Shown here in pieces: positions 1 to 8,432 of a DNA stretch of 32,000 nucleotides. The position numbers and the translations under genes were made by a program. The notes beneath the pieces are model-generated. The model was given only the letters and a program-made list of their open reading frames with translations. It was not told where the DNA came from and did not search any database. How positions within the stretch are numbered: position 1 is the first letter of the stretch; every line of letters starts with the position of its first letter. The stretch lies in contig NZ_CP180230.1 of NCBI RefSeq assembly GCF_047555085.1, positions 390,001 through 422,000 of the forward strand, written 5' to 3'. The stretch comes from Candidatus Saccharimonadota bacterium (lineage in GTDB: Archaea > Nanohalarchaeota > Nanosalinia > Nanosalinales > Nanosalinaceae).

Positions 1-126
1 CCTTTCACAAGGACTATCGAAGGCGAGTCCCTTAAGCACGCTACAGAAAAACTTTACTCACAGCTGGGAAGTGAGCACTCGGTTACACGTGGAAAAATCA
101 CTATCGAGGAAACTGAAGAGCTTTAA
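1..126 (+). CDS. 3' end of a ribosomal protein LX (L18Ae)-like gene, partial at the left edge
   Basis: Frame 1 is open from base 1 to TAA at 124-126. It translates to PFTRTIEGESLKHATEKLYSQLGSEHSVTRGKITIEETEEL, which resembles the archaeal LX C-terminus (YSxLGSxH motif). LX-pfdA-ftsY is a conserved archaeal gene order. Confidence 0.45.
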   Translation, partial: PFTRTIEGESLKHATEKLYSQLGSEHSVTRGKITIEETEEL

Positions 127-138
127 AGGAGATTCTCT

Positions 139-537
139 ATGGATCAGCAGAAGATGCAGCAGTACCAGCAACTTCAGCAGCAGGTAGAGGAGATGCAGGG
201 ATCCATGCAGCAGCTTGAACAGCGTATAAACGATGTAGAAGACGCTGTTGAAGGAGTTAGAGGTCTTGAAGAAGTTGAGGAAGGTGAAGAGATCCTTGCC
301 TCAATAGGTTCCGGTGCTTTCGCCATCGCCGAGCTGAAGAGCAGTGAGGAAGTTGTCACGAATATCGGAGGAGAGGCCTACGAAAGAAGAAAGCTGGATG
401 ATGCAGAAGACCTGCTTCAGCGTCACGTAGATGAGCTTGAAAATACTAAAAGCGAGCTTGAAGAGGATATAACTGAGATGCAGCAGCAACTTCAGCAGAT
501 TCAGGCAGAGATCCAGCAGCAGAGACAGGGAGAGTAA
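139..537 (+). CDS. pfdA: prefoldin alpha subunit
   Basis: 132 aa with Q/E-rich coiled-coil ends flanking a central beta-hairpin region (EILASIGSGAFAIAELKSSEEVVTNIGGEAYERR), the typical prefoldin alpha layout. It sits directly upstream of ftsY. Confidence 0.7.
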   Translation: MDQQKMQQYQQLQQQVEEMQGSMQQLEQRINDVEDAVEGVRGLEEVEEGEEILASIGSGAFAIAELKSSEEVVTNIGGEAYERRKLDDAEDLLQRHVDELENTKSELEEDITEMQQQLQQIQAEIQQQRQGE

Positions 538-542
538 ATTCC

Positions 543-1436
543 ATGCTTAAAGGCCTGAAAGACTCCGTAAAAGATCTTTCTGAAAACGTCAAGTCAGCGG
601 TAGGAGAGAAGGAACTGGATGAAGACACTCTTGAGCCGCTGCTGGAAGATTTCAGGCTTAAACTTCTGAAGAACAATGTTTCACTTGATGTAGCTGAAGA
701 TATAGAGAAAGGCCTCAAAGACAATCTAATAGATACAAAGGTGAAGAGAGGGAAAGTCGAGGAAAAAGTCGAGGAAGCATTCCGTGAGAAACTTGAGGAG
801 CTTCTTGACGACACATTTAACTTCGAGGAAGCTCTTGAAGAGGCCTCTGAGCCACCTGTTGTTTTCATGATAGGTTTCAATGGCTCGGGTAAGACAACTA
901 CGGCTGCAAAGCTTGCTGATTACCTGCAGGAAGATCTTGGTGAAGAAGTTGTCCTTGGAGCAGGAGATACATTTAGAGCAGCTTCTATAGAGCAGTTAGA
1001 GGAGCACGGCAATAATCTAGGAGTTAAAGTTGTTTCTCATGAGTACGAGTCGGATCCAGCGGCTGTAGCGTACGATGCTGTGGAGCATGCCGACAAGCAC
1101 GGTAAAGTTGCCATAGTTGATACAGCAGGTAGAAGCCACAGCGACAGAAATCTCATGGATGAGCTGCAGAAGATGATTGATGTCAACGAGCCGGATATAA
1201 CGTTCCTTGTTGTGGATGCGCTGGCTGGAAACGATATACTGGAACAGGCAGAGGCCTATGAGGGCATGTTCGATGCAATAATCGCTACAAAGATGGATAT
1301 CGATGAGAAAGGCGGTGGCATCGTCTCGATAAGTCAGAGATCAGGTAAGCCAGTGGCTTTCCTAGGTACAGGCCAGGACTACAACGAACTTGAAGACTTC
1401 AACAAGGAAGAATTCATCGACAGGATAATGGACTGA
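543..1436 (+). CDS. ftsY: signal recognition particle receptor FtsY
   Basis: SRP GTPase motifs GFNGSGKTTTAAKLA, DTAGR and TKMDIDEKGGG, with an N-terminal helical N domain. The start is 6 nt after the pfdA stop. Confidence 0.9.
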   Translation: MLKGLKDSVKDLSENVKSAVGEKELDEDTLEPLLEDFRLKLLKNNVSLDVAEDIEKGLKDNLIDTKVKRGKVEEKVEEAFREKLEELLDDTFNFEEALEEASEPPVVFMIGFNGSGKTTTAAKLADYLQEDLGEEVVLGAGDTFRAASIEQLEEHGNNLGVKVVSHEYESDPAAVAYDAVEHADKHGKVAIVDTAGRSHSDRNLMDELQKMIDVNEPDITFLVVDALAGNDILEQAEAYEGMFDAIIATKMDIDEKGGGIVSISQRSGKPVAFLGTGQDYNELEDFNKEEFIDRIMD

Positions 1437-1496
1437 GGCCTTGAAGTTAAATTTTTAGGCTAGTTCTGACAATTTTTCATAGAGGCAACTATTTTT

Positions 1497-2261
1497 ATGG
1501 CACAGATCGGTACTCTGAAGTTGAAATCTGATTCGGGTGTTGTTGAGGTACCGGTCTTCGAGCCGGGAGATGTAGGCCTTCCCGTGGTACGTGTACAGAC
1601 TGATTCAGGTACAGGAGCCTTGAACGTAGTTGATACAGGTGATGCAGAGCTTGATCAGCTTCGTGTACAGACATCTCAAGGAGTAAAGGCAGTCAGTACC
1701 ACGATAAACACCGTCTTCAGTTACGAGGATGATTTCACTACAGACACTACAGATAACTACTCTATAGAGCTTTCAAGCAGCAGTCCTTCATACTCGTATA
1801 GTTCATCAAACGATGCGATATACTTTGACACTACTGACAACGACCATGCCTACGTAAGGAAAACCTTCTCAAACATGTCTTCCAGCGGCTATGTCAAGAT
1901 AACAAACAATATCACAGGCGACGATCCCTACGGAGAAACAGTAGGCCTCTCAATCTACAACAGTTCAACAGGAGACCGTTACAGAGCAACTAACAGAGAC
2001 GGCAGCTACACTGAAGGCCTCTACAAGACAGTTAATGGTTCAACTACTGATTCGTTCACTCAGAACGGTTCAAGCAATCATTCGAGAAGAACTATAGAGA
2101 TGTGGTGGTCTCCGACACACCTGAAAGTCGCATTCAACGGCAACGTCCAGTGGGACGTTGACACCACGGATACAACAGATATTCATCCTGATACTCTGGA
2201 GATAAGATTAACTCAGATAAACACGTACCTGGAGTACATACAGCTGAACGATAACTATTGA
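1497..2261 (+). CDS. hypothetical protein: duplicated RVQT N-terminal motif and a S/T/N/D-rich C-terminal half
   Basis: 254-aa ORF with acidic composition like its neighbours. VVRVQTDSGTGA and QLRVQTSQGVKA form an internal duplication. No signal peptide. Family not recognised. Confidence 0.55.
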   Translation: MAQIGTLKLKSDSGVVEVPVFEPGDVGLPVVRVQTDSGTGALNVVDTGDAELDQLRVQTSQGVKAVSTTINTVFSYEDDFTTDTTDNYSIELSSSSPSYSYSSSNDAIYFDTTDNDHAYVRKTFSNMSSSGYVKITNNITGDDPYGETVGLSIYNSSTGDRYRATNRDGSYTEGLYKTVNGSTTDSFTQNGSSNHSRRTIEMWWSPTHLKVAFNGNVQWDVDTTDTTDIHPDTLEIRLTQINTYLEYIQLNDNY

Positions 2262-2292
2262 AGAAGACTGTTTAGAAATTCTGACTGGACTT

Positions 2293-2329
2293 GAAGGCCT
2301 CTGAAAAACTTTTTCAGGAATAGGCCTTC
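2293..2329. terminator. candidate bidirectional terminator between convergent genes
   Basis: GAAGGCCT (2293-2300) is the reverse complement of AGGCCTTC (2322-2329). These arms enclose a second inverted repeat, CTGAAAAA-c-TTTTTCAG (2301-2317), which gives T5 runs on both strands (archaeal oligo-T termination). The element lies between the stops at 2261 (+) and 2314 (-). Confidence 0.35.
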
Positions 2330-2649
2330 TGCTCGTCGAGCCTTTCCTTCATGGACTTTTCCAGTTCTTCCAGCTTGGATTTCAGTGGCTCGATATCTTT
2401 GTCGAAGCGATCCATCTTGATCTCTCCTTCGTCACTTCTCTCCTGGATTCTGTTCTTCCTCATAACTGTCAGGAGATGATTGACTTCTGCTACAAGACGC
2501 TCGTACTGCTTCAGCTCGGCCTCTATGTAGGAAATCTCTTCTCCAAGCTCTTCACGCAGCTCTTCGACGACTTCCTGTTTCATCTGTTGCTTGTCAACGC
2601 CGAACTTTCTTCTGACGGTCCTGTAGAACTTGTCCATTCCCATTTTCAA
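2314..2649 (-). CDS. hypothetical coiled-coil protein
   Basis: 111-aa ORF, E/K-rich with heptad-like sequence (EELREELGEEISYIEAELKQYERLVAEV). It is convergent with the 1497 gene. Confidence 0.5.
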   Translation of the reverse strand: MKMGMDKFYRTVRRKFGVDKQQMKQEVVEELREELGEEISYIEAELKQYERLVAEVNHLLTVMRKNRIQERSDEGEIKMDRFDKDIEPLKSKLEELEKSMKERLDEQKAYS

Positions 2650-2680
2650 TCACTGTAATTACCTATTACTCGTAAAAACC

Positions 2681-3229
2681 TTATAAGCTTTTTGAACTTT
2701 CATCGTCGCTATCATCTTTCAAAGTAGTCGGCACGACGACATCCATCTCTTCTGCCTGTCCCTGATCGTAGAAACGAGCAGTCACTGCACCAAGAACAGC
2801 ATCAAACTCACGTGAAGACTCGATACCCGAGGCCTCTACACCTAGAGACTCCAGAGATCTATCACTGTCCAGTGCCAGCTCTCTTCCGGATATAGCAGGA
2901 TCGAAACGGATGAACTCCGGCCTGTCTTCAGCAGCAAGACCTGCCTGAATACGTCTCTTCAAGTCCTGAAAACGCCTTACACGCTGAGTATCGTGAGAAG
3001 CCGGCGTAAAGATATGTCCTTCCTCCTGCAACTCCTCCTCTTCCTCGCTCAGTCCTCTACGTTCTTTCAGGCCTGTATTCACAGCCACTATGTTGGGCTG
3101 AGATTCGATTATTTTTTCAGCAAGCTCCTCGTTGGTTTCGAAACTGTAGCTCTCGACAGAATCCGAGAGAAATGCTACAGTGGATTCAGTGCTATCGTCC
3201 TCAGTCAGATCAATCCCGCAGTAAATCAT
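2681..3229 (-). CDS. hypothetical protein, possibly an RNase H-fold (DUF429-like) nuclease
   Basis: 182-aa acidic ORF. The N-terminal MIYCGIDL and a distal FDAVLGAVTA motif resemble RNase H-like nuclease families. This assignment comes from memory of the motifs only. Confidence 0.35.
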   Translation of the reverse strand: MIYCGIDLTEDDSTESTVAFLSDSVESYSFETNEELAEKIIESQPNIVAVNTGLKERRGLSEEEEELQEEGHIFTPASHDTQRVRRFQDLKRRIQAGLAAEDRPEFIRFDPAISGRELALDSDRSLESLGVEASGIESSREFDAVLGAVTARFYDQGQAEEMDVVVPTTLKDDSDDESSKSL

Positions 3230-3237
3230 AATTTAAT

Positions 3238-4104
3238 TTACACCTTGACTTTCTTCTTCAAAGCTGACTCGTGACTTTTCTCTATACTTCCTTTCCTGTT
3301 CTCACCTGTCGCAAACTCCATCAGGGAACGATTCTTCTCCTTCAACTCTATGATCTCCTCTTCCTCAAGATGATCCTCCAGAACCTGCAAAAAGTCAAGC
3401 AAGGCCTTGTTGTACTCCTGAGGCTTCTCAAAGAAACAGAAAGTTCCTGCATTCTCAAGCACGCTTATAGAAATATTAGGCCTCAACTCTTCAGCGAAGC
3501 TTCTGCTGGAGAAACGATCCTGTTCAGCGTGGATTGCCAGAGAGGTCTTTTCAGGCCTTGAAACACGGTAGTTATCAAGGAAAGTCCTGAAATCATCAAG
3601 ATCAGGCTTCTCAAAAGTATCGATAAACTCTCGTACAACACCGTATTCGGTTCTATCCGAGAAAAACATTTTTTTGGCGATCTTTGGAATACTGCCGATG
3701 CGGAAAAGCATGTTGATCAGTTTCTTCTGAGGAATCTTCGTGAAACGTCTTCTAGGACCTGTCAAAACAGTCGAAACAACATTTTCGTGATCCTCGAACT
3801 CCTGCATGAGACTGTTGCCAAACACGTGAGATACAAGAACAACGTTCTCGAACTCTTCCTGCTCCAGTATACTTTCAAGGGCCTCTTTCTCTCCCTCATA
3901 GTCCCTGAAACTTACTGTAGGCCTGAAACTGGCTGTCCTGAAACTTTTCGAGAAGTAGCGCAGCTGCTGCCTCCAGATATCCGGATTCAGGCCTCCGGGC
4001 ACAAATACTAGCTGTATCCTCGAATCCGTATCGGATTCGAAGTAGTGCATGTTCTCGCTGCCTACCCTGCTTAGAGAAAACTTCACGGTATTCACTATCT
4101 TCAC
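3238..4104 (-). CDS. alpha/beta-hydrolase-fold protein with a degenerate nucleophile elbow
   Basis: 288-aa ORF. LVFVPGGLNPDIW is oxyanion-region-like, and VVLVSHVFGNS sits where GxSxG is expected. The start is a GTG at 4104; an alternative ATG at 4050 would give MHYFESD. Confidence 0.45.
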   Translation of the reverse strand: MKIVNTVKFSLSRVGSENMHYFESDTDSRIQLVFVPGGLNPDIWRQQLRYFSKSFRTASFRPTVSFRDYEGEKEALESILEQEEFENVVLVSHVFGNSLMQEFEDHENVVSTVLTGPRRRFTKIPQKKLINMLFRIGSIPKIAKKMFFSDRTEYGVVREFIDTFEKPDLDDFRTFLDNYRVSRPEKTSLAIHAEQDRFSSRSFAEELRPNISISVLENAGTFCFFEKPQEYNKALLDFLQVLEDHLEEEEIIELKEKNRSLMEFATGENRKGSIEKSHESALKKKVKV

Positions 4105-4160
4105 CTCAAAACCTTTTATCCATTAACCCGTCTATAAACTATAATAACCCCCTTGTCGCC

Positions 4161-4514
4161 ATGAAACTTTCCAAGACCTTGGCTGAAGAAATAATCTGGC
4201 TGGCTGCAGAAGTCGTAGCCTTCTACATAGCAACACGTGTAAACCAGCTTACAGGCCTCTCAACAGCATTAATGACGTTTATAGCAGGTTCATGGCTTTT
4301 CTACAATCTTTCATCTTACGAAAGAATCTGGAACTCGATAGCCATGTTACAGGATCCGGCGAAAGCATTCCTGCTTTACTCTTCCGCAGCGACAGTATTC
4401 TTCGCATTGAAGTCCTATCCCTTCCAGAAACTTGTGATTGTTGCACTTGCCGCAGGATTCATAGGCTCCGCACTGGGAATATTTTTCCAGACCTACTGGA
4501 ACATCGGAGGATAA
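4161..4514 (+). CDS. small integral membrane protein
   Basis: 117 aa with 3-4 hydrophobic segments (IIWLAAEVVAFYIA, LMTFIAGSWLFY, LLYSSAATVFFAL, LVIVALAAGFIGSALGIFF). Confidence 0.55.
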   Translation: MKLSKTLAEEIIWLAAEVVAFYIATRVNQLTGLSTALMTFIAGSWLFYNLSSYERIWNSIAMLQDPAKAFLLYSSAATVFFALKSYPFQKLVIVALAAGFIGSALGIFFQTYWNIGG

Positions 4515-4549
4515 CACAGTTTTAACTTTCACCAATCAATTCCACAATC

Positions 4550-5842
4550 ATGTTTGACAGGATAAAGGAGTCGGTACAGAAGTTCTCATCACGCGGCGTC
4601 GCAGATAAAGAAGCCGTAGAAGAACTCGTAAAAGATATCCAGAGAGACCTGATGAGAGCAGACGTCGACGTCGAACTCGTATCAGAACTCAGCTCCGACA
4701 TACGGGAAGAAGCACTGAAAGAAGAAGTACCACAAGGCCTGTCAAGAAAAGAACACGTACTGAAAATAGTATACGACAGACTCGAAAAACTACTTGGAGA
4801 AGAAGCAGAAATCGACGAAGGCCCGCAGAAAATACTTCTATGCGGCCTCTACGGAGCAGGAAAAACAACTACAGCCGGAAAACTCGCCGACTTCTACAGG
4901 AAAAAAGAACAGAAAGTAGGAGTCATAGCAGCAGATACAGACAGGCCCGCAGCCTTTGAACAACTACAGCAGGTAGCAGAAGACGCCAACGCAGAATTCT
5001 ACGGACGAAAAGAAGCCGAAGATCCGGCGAAAGTCGTCGAAGAAGGAATGGAGGAACTCGACACCGATGTCACAATCGTCGACTCAGCCGGTAGAAACTC
5101 CCTTAACGACGAATTAAGGGAGGAACTGGAGGAGATCACAGACGTCTTCCAGCCGGACAAAAAATACCTTGTAATACCAGCGGATATCGGCCAATCAGCT
5201 CGAGAACAGACAGAGATGTTCGACTCCGCCGTAGGCCTGACAGGAGTCATCGTCACGAAGATGGATTCGTCGGCTAAAGGAGGAGGAGCGCTCGTCGCAT
5301 GTGCAAATTCAGAGGCCAGTGTGAAATTCATCGGAACCGGTGAAACACTTCCGGATCTGGAAGTCTACGATCCTGTCGACTTCGTATCCGACATGATGGG
5401 GCAGCCGGATCTCGAAAGTCTTCTTGAAAAGATACAGGAGCTGGACACCGATCCAGAGGCCATACTGGAGGGAGACTTCACGCTACACGACTTCAAGGAG
5501 CAGATGGAGTCCGTCACAGGATCAGGCCTCATGGAGGAGATGATGCAACAGCTACCTTTCTCCAAAGACAAGCTTCCAAGCAACATGGCCGATATGACGG
5601 AGGGAAAGATCCAGAACTACTCGATCATCATGGACTCGATGACGGATGAAGAGATGAAAGATCCATCCATGATCAAGGCCTCTCGCCGGGAAAGGATTGC
5701 AGCAGGATCAGGGACACAGCCAGGCGACGTCAAGGAACTAATCGATCACTACAGACAGGCCAAGAACATGGTGGACAAGTTCGACAAAGGCTCCATGCAG
5801 AGAGGCAACATGAAACAGATGATGAGCAAGATGGGCCTGTAA
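4550..5842 (+). CDS. srp54: signal recognition particle protein SRP54
   Basis: N domain, then G domain with GLYGAGKTTTAGKLA, DSAGR and TKMDSSAKGGGA, then a Met-rich M domain (MEEMMQQLPF, MKQMMSKMG). Confidence 0.92.
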   Translation: MFDRIKESVQKFSSRGVADKEAVEELVKDIQRDLMRADVDVELVSELSSDIREEALKEEVPQGLSRKEHVLKIVYDRLEKLLGEEAEIDEGPQKILLCGLYGAGKTTTAGKLADFYRKKEQKVGVIAADTDRPAAFEQLQQVAEDANAEFYGRKEAEDPAKVVEEGMEELDTDVTIVDSAGRNSLNDELREELEEITDVFQPDKKYLVIPADIGQSAREQTEMFDSAVGLTGVIVTKMDSSAKGGGALVACANSEASVKFIGTGETLPDLEVYDPVDFVSDMMGQPDLESLLEKIQELDTDPEAILEGDFTLHDFKEQMESVTGSGLMEEMMQQLPFSKDKLPSNMADMTEGKIQNYSIIMDSMTDEEMKDPSMIKASRRERIAAGSGTQPGDVKELIDHYRQAKNMVDKFDKGSMQRGNMKQMMSKMGL

Positions 5843-5881
5843 AAATTATTTATTACTCAAAGTTTTTCTTTAGAAAATTTT

Positions 5882-6196
5882 CTAGAGGCCTCGAGCCTCT
5901 CTTTCCTGACAGATCTTCTGAATCTCTTCATCGCTGTGAAGATTTCTATCCTTCAGGTTTTCTATCTTCTCCTGTTTCTCTTTAAACTCCTCCTCGACTT
6001 CGCTGTCTGTAAGAATTATCCTCGAGTAAGCAACTTCAGAAGTCACCTGTAAAGTTTCAAGAAACTGCTTCCAGTGGTTCGGTACAGGATACTTGACACG
6101 CTGCAGTATACGTGTAACTGCAAGTACGCCCAAGAGAGAATGCCGGTACACAAGGCCTCCTACACGATTAGCCTTTATCCGTTCACCAAGTTCCAA
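5882..6196 (-). CDS. hypothetical protein
   Basis: 104-aa ORF that fills the gap between srp54 and the phosphoesterase gene. No recognised motif. Confidence 0.35.
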   Translation of the reverse strand: MELGERIKANRVGGLVYRHSLLGVLAVTRILQRVKYPVPNHWKQFLETLQVTSEVAYSRIILTDSEVEEEFKEKQEKIENLKDRNLHSDEEIQKICQEREARGL

Positions 6197-6313
6197 TTTT
6201 TATCCACTGCTTGCACCAAGTATTTTTCTCCCCTGAATCCCCCGAAAACTTCCCTGTAACCAATACAGTACTTTCCCCTAAATAAAAAACGTTCGCAAAG
6301 AAACGAACAAACT

Positions 6314-6856
6314 ATGATAGCCATAATCTCGGACTCACACATCCCAAAAAGAGCGGAAAAGATACCAGAAGAATTCCACGAAAAACTTGAACAGGCCTCA
6401 AAGACAGTACACTGCGGAGACTTCGAAACACAGGAAAAATACGAAAAATTAAAGGAAAAATACGATGTAATCGGAGTAAAAGGCAACTGCGACTTCTTCG
6501 ACTTAGAGGCCTCACAGAAATTCTCAGTCAACGGAGTAAAATTCGGAGCATATCACGGCGCCGGAATCACGCCAAGAGGCCATCATCCGACACTCGTACA
6601 GACAGCAGAAACTTTAGACGTCGACGTACTTTTCCACGGGCACACACATCAACAGGAAATCGCCGAACACGAAGGAAAAATTTTACTGAATCCCGGCAGC
6701 TGTACAGGAGTAGGCGGAGGCTCCTCAAGAGAGAAAAATCCTTCAATGATGACAGTAAAGGCCTCTGAAAAAGGCCTGGAAGTGAAAATTTTCGAGAAAG
6801 ATCGTAAAAGTGGTGAAATAGAGGTTTCTGAGGAAACTGTTATCGATCTGAATTGA
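6314..6856 (+). CDS. metallophosphoesterase, MJ0936/YfcE family
   Basis: Ordered calcineurin-like motifs: ISDSH, HCGDF, KGNCD, YHGAG and GHTHQQ, in a 180-aa protein. Confidence 0.8.
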   Translation: MIAIISDSHIPKRAEKIPEEFHEKLEQASKTVHCGDFETQEKYEKLKEKYDVIGVKGNCDFFDLEASQKFSVNGVKFGAYHGAGITPRGHHPTLVQTAETLDVDVLFHGHTHQQEIAEHEGKILLNPGSCTGVGGGSSREKNPSMMTVKASEKGLEVKIFEKDRKSGEIEVSEETVIDLN

Positions 6857-6869
6857 TTTTTATTTACAG
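6855..6869 (+). promoter_or_regulatory. TATA-like promoter element GATTTTTATTTACAG
   Basis: A/T-rich box about 27-35 nt upstream of where the LamG reading frame opens (6896). The identical 15-mer recurs at 24805-24819, upstream of another accessory gene. Confidence 0.4.
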
Positions 6870-6895
6870 ATAACGAAGTTGATTACAGGTGTTAG

Positions 6896-7606
6896 ATCAT
6901 CACTATTGTAGGACACTGGCCTCTAGATGAAAGTTCCGGGAATACGGCAGTCGATTATTCCGTGAACAGTAATGATGGGACAATCAACGATGGTGGTGAC
7001 TCGACAGTTCCAGGAGCCTCTGGAATACTTGGGGAAAAGGCCTACAGCTTTGATGGTTCCAATGACTACGTTGGTATTGGAGCGAAAGATAGTCTTGATT
7101 TCGGGAACGGCTCTATGTCGATAGTTGCATGGTTCAGAACTCCAAGCAACACTCAACAGGGCAAGATTGTGAATAGAGGCCAGTCAGGAGCTTTTCCAAG
7201 TTCTTCTGGCTATTCGTTGCGTTTCTACGATAAATTCGGAGTCGCATTTACTGACGGAACTAATAATTCAAATGTGTATGTTTCCAGTGCTGGCGACGTA
7301 ACTGAAAACGAATGGCATCTCGGCGTAGGAATTCTGGACAGGAACGCACAGCAGACAAGACTTTTCCTTGATTCCCAGCTTATAGGGACATCAGATGCAT
7401 CATCCCTCGGAAGCATTTCAAATCCGGATGCAACAGCGGACATAGCTGTACTGAATAGAGGAAGTTACGGCGACAAATCCGAATTCTTCAACGGAAAAAT
7501 CCAGGAAGCAAGACTGTACAATCACGCTCTCACGCCCCAGGAAGTCCAGTATCTTTACAGCGTCGGAAGTAGAGGCCTGCATGTCTCCAGTGAAAGAACT
7601 CTGTAA
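6896..7606 (+). CDS. LamG / concanavalin-A-like lectin domain protein (Laminin_G_3-like), start codon uncertain
   Basis: The C-terminal FNGKIQEARLYNHALTPQEVQYLY is the hallmark Laminin_G_3 ending. The conserved N-terminal GHWPLDESSGNTAVDYS is encoded at 6911-6961, upstream of the first canonical start (GTG 6962). The frame opens at 6896, after TAG at 6893-6895. Confidence 0.7.
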   Translation: MITIVGHWPLDESSGNTAVDYSVNSNDGTINDGGDSTVPGASGILGEKAYSFDGSNDYVGIGAKDSLDFGNGSMSIVAWFRTPSNTQQGKIVNRGQSGAFPSSSGYSLRFYDKFGVAFTDGTNNSNVYVSSAGDVTENEWHLGVGILDRNAQQTRLFLDSQLIGTSDASSLGSISNPDATADIAVLNRGSYGDKSEFFNGKIQEARLYNHALTPQEVQYLYSVGSRGLHVSSERTL

Positions 7607-7742
7607 AAAAGTTTCGTGAGATTATCTGTCAACAGTCAGTAAAGGCCTTGAAGTAAGAAAAATTCTCGGGAGAAAAATTGTATCAACTTGCTGACCAGTT
7701 TTAAAGAACAAAGCCACAATATAATCTTATAGAGGCCTATTC

Positions 7743-8432
7743 ATGGTTTTGAAAAGTTATTATCCACTCAATGAGAGTTCCGGGAGTACGGCATACGATC
7801 ATTCCGGAAATGAAAATCATGGTGCGATAAATGCAGGGGCGCTTGGACAGCCGAGTGTTGCAGGTTCTACAGGTTTGAAATGTACTTCATCTTTAGAGTA
7901 CGTGGCACTGCCCTGGTATTTTGATAGCGTCCGATCTCATTCTCTAACTGTTAATCTATGGTTTAAGAGGACCAGTACTACGACAAGCCAGAGGCGGAGG
8001 ATCGTTTCTCACGACGCCAGCGAATACTACAGAATGGCTGTAGATAATGGCGATATTGAATGGTACGGCAGGGAGAGCAGTTCAACCGGTCAGAGGATTT
8101 ACTCTCCAAACTCTGTCCCCGTAGACGAATGGGTGATGTGGACGGGTATAATCGACTCAGATAAAGGCGAGTTACGACTTTACAAAAACGGCGAACAGGT
8201 ATCCTCAACAAGTGGCTCCTATAGCACATGGGGCAGCGGCATCACACGTTACGGCTTTCTGATGGACGGCAGTGAAGCAACTAACTTTAACGGATCCAGA
8301 AACGGTGACTATGCACGTGGCGTACTCTCAGAAGTAAGATACTATTATCGCCCCCTTACTACTTCAGAAATACAGTATCTTTACAGCGTTTCTCAGAGAG
8401 GCCTCCAAACTACTTCAAAGAAGTCCTCATGA
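7743..8432 (+). CDS. LamG / concanavalin-A-like lectin domain protein, paralog of the preceding gene
   Basis: N-terminal YYPLNESSGSTAYDHSGNENHGAINAG and C-terminal GVLSEVRYYYRPLTTSEIQYLYSVSQRGL parallel the 6896 gene. ATG start. No signal peptide. Confidence 0.75.
   Translation: MVLKSYYPLNESSGSTAYDHSGNENHGAINAGALGQPSVAGSTGLKCTSSLEYVALPWYFDSVRSHSLTVNLWFKRTSTTTSQRRRIVSHDASEYYRMAVDNGDIEWYGRESSSTGQRIYSPNSVPVDEWVMWTGIIDSDKGELRLYKNGEQVSSTSGSYSTWGSGITRYGFLMDGSEATNFNGSRNGDYARGVLSEVRYYYRPLTTSEIQYLYSVSQRGLQTTSKKSS

Noticed and set aside
446-880. 144-aa minus-strand ORF, extremely Ser-rich, overlapping pfdA and ftsY
   Set aside because: It is an antisense shadow of GAA/GAG/GAT-rich acidic genes (the reverse complements give TTC/CTC/ATC and Ser-rich frames). 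It fully overlaps two well-supported genes. The same reasoning applies to 174-359, 301-489, 4999-5331, 5365-5586, 9554-9880, 11679-12029, 12956-13450, 17544-18071 and 21097-21378.
4029-4049. Perfect 9-bp inverted repeat TCGAATCCG-tat-CGGATTCGA, reminiscent of a tRNA T-arm or a hairpin
   Set aside because: It lies inside the 3238-4104 coding region (encoding ESDTDS), with no surrounding tRNA-like acceptor or anticodon structure. It is most simply a chance or coding palindrome.
6175-6531. 118-aa minus-strand ORF (and the nested 6312-6515)
   Set aside because: It overlaps the motif-rich metallophosphoesterase gene on the opposite strand and has a Cys/Phe/Ser-rich shadow composition.
6759-6777. 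Closely spaced AGGCCT pairs that could fold as hairpins (also 12907/12919, 2295/2322, 23822/23850, 24873/24902)
   Set aside because: By my count only about 8 of 111 inter-site gaps are under 50 nt, which is fewer than a random (Poisson) spacing would give. Pairing therefore does not appear to be the organising principle. Only the 2293-2329 pair sits where a terminator is expected.
7607-7742. Longest intergenic spacer (136 nt) examined for an ncRNA or repeat
   Set aside because: It contains only weak imperfect complementarity (CAGTCAG / CTGACCA), two AGGCCT copies and a TATA-like AATATAAT box upstream of 7743. This is adequately explained as a terminator and promoter region.
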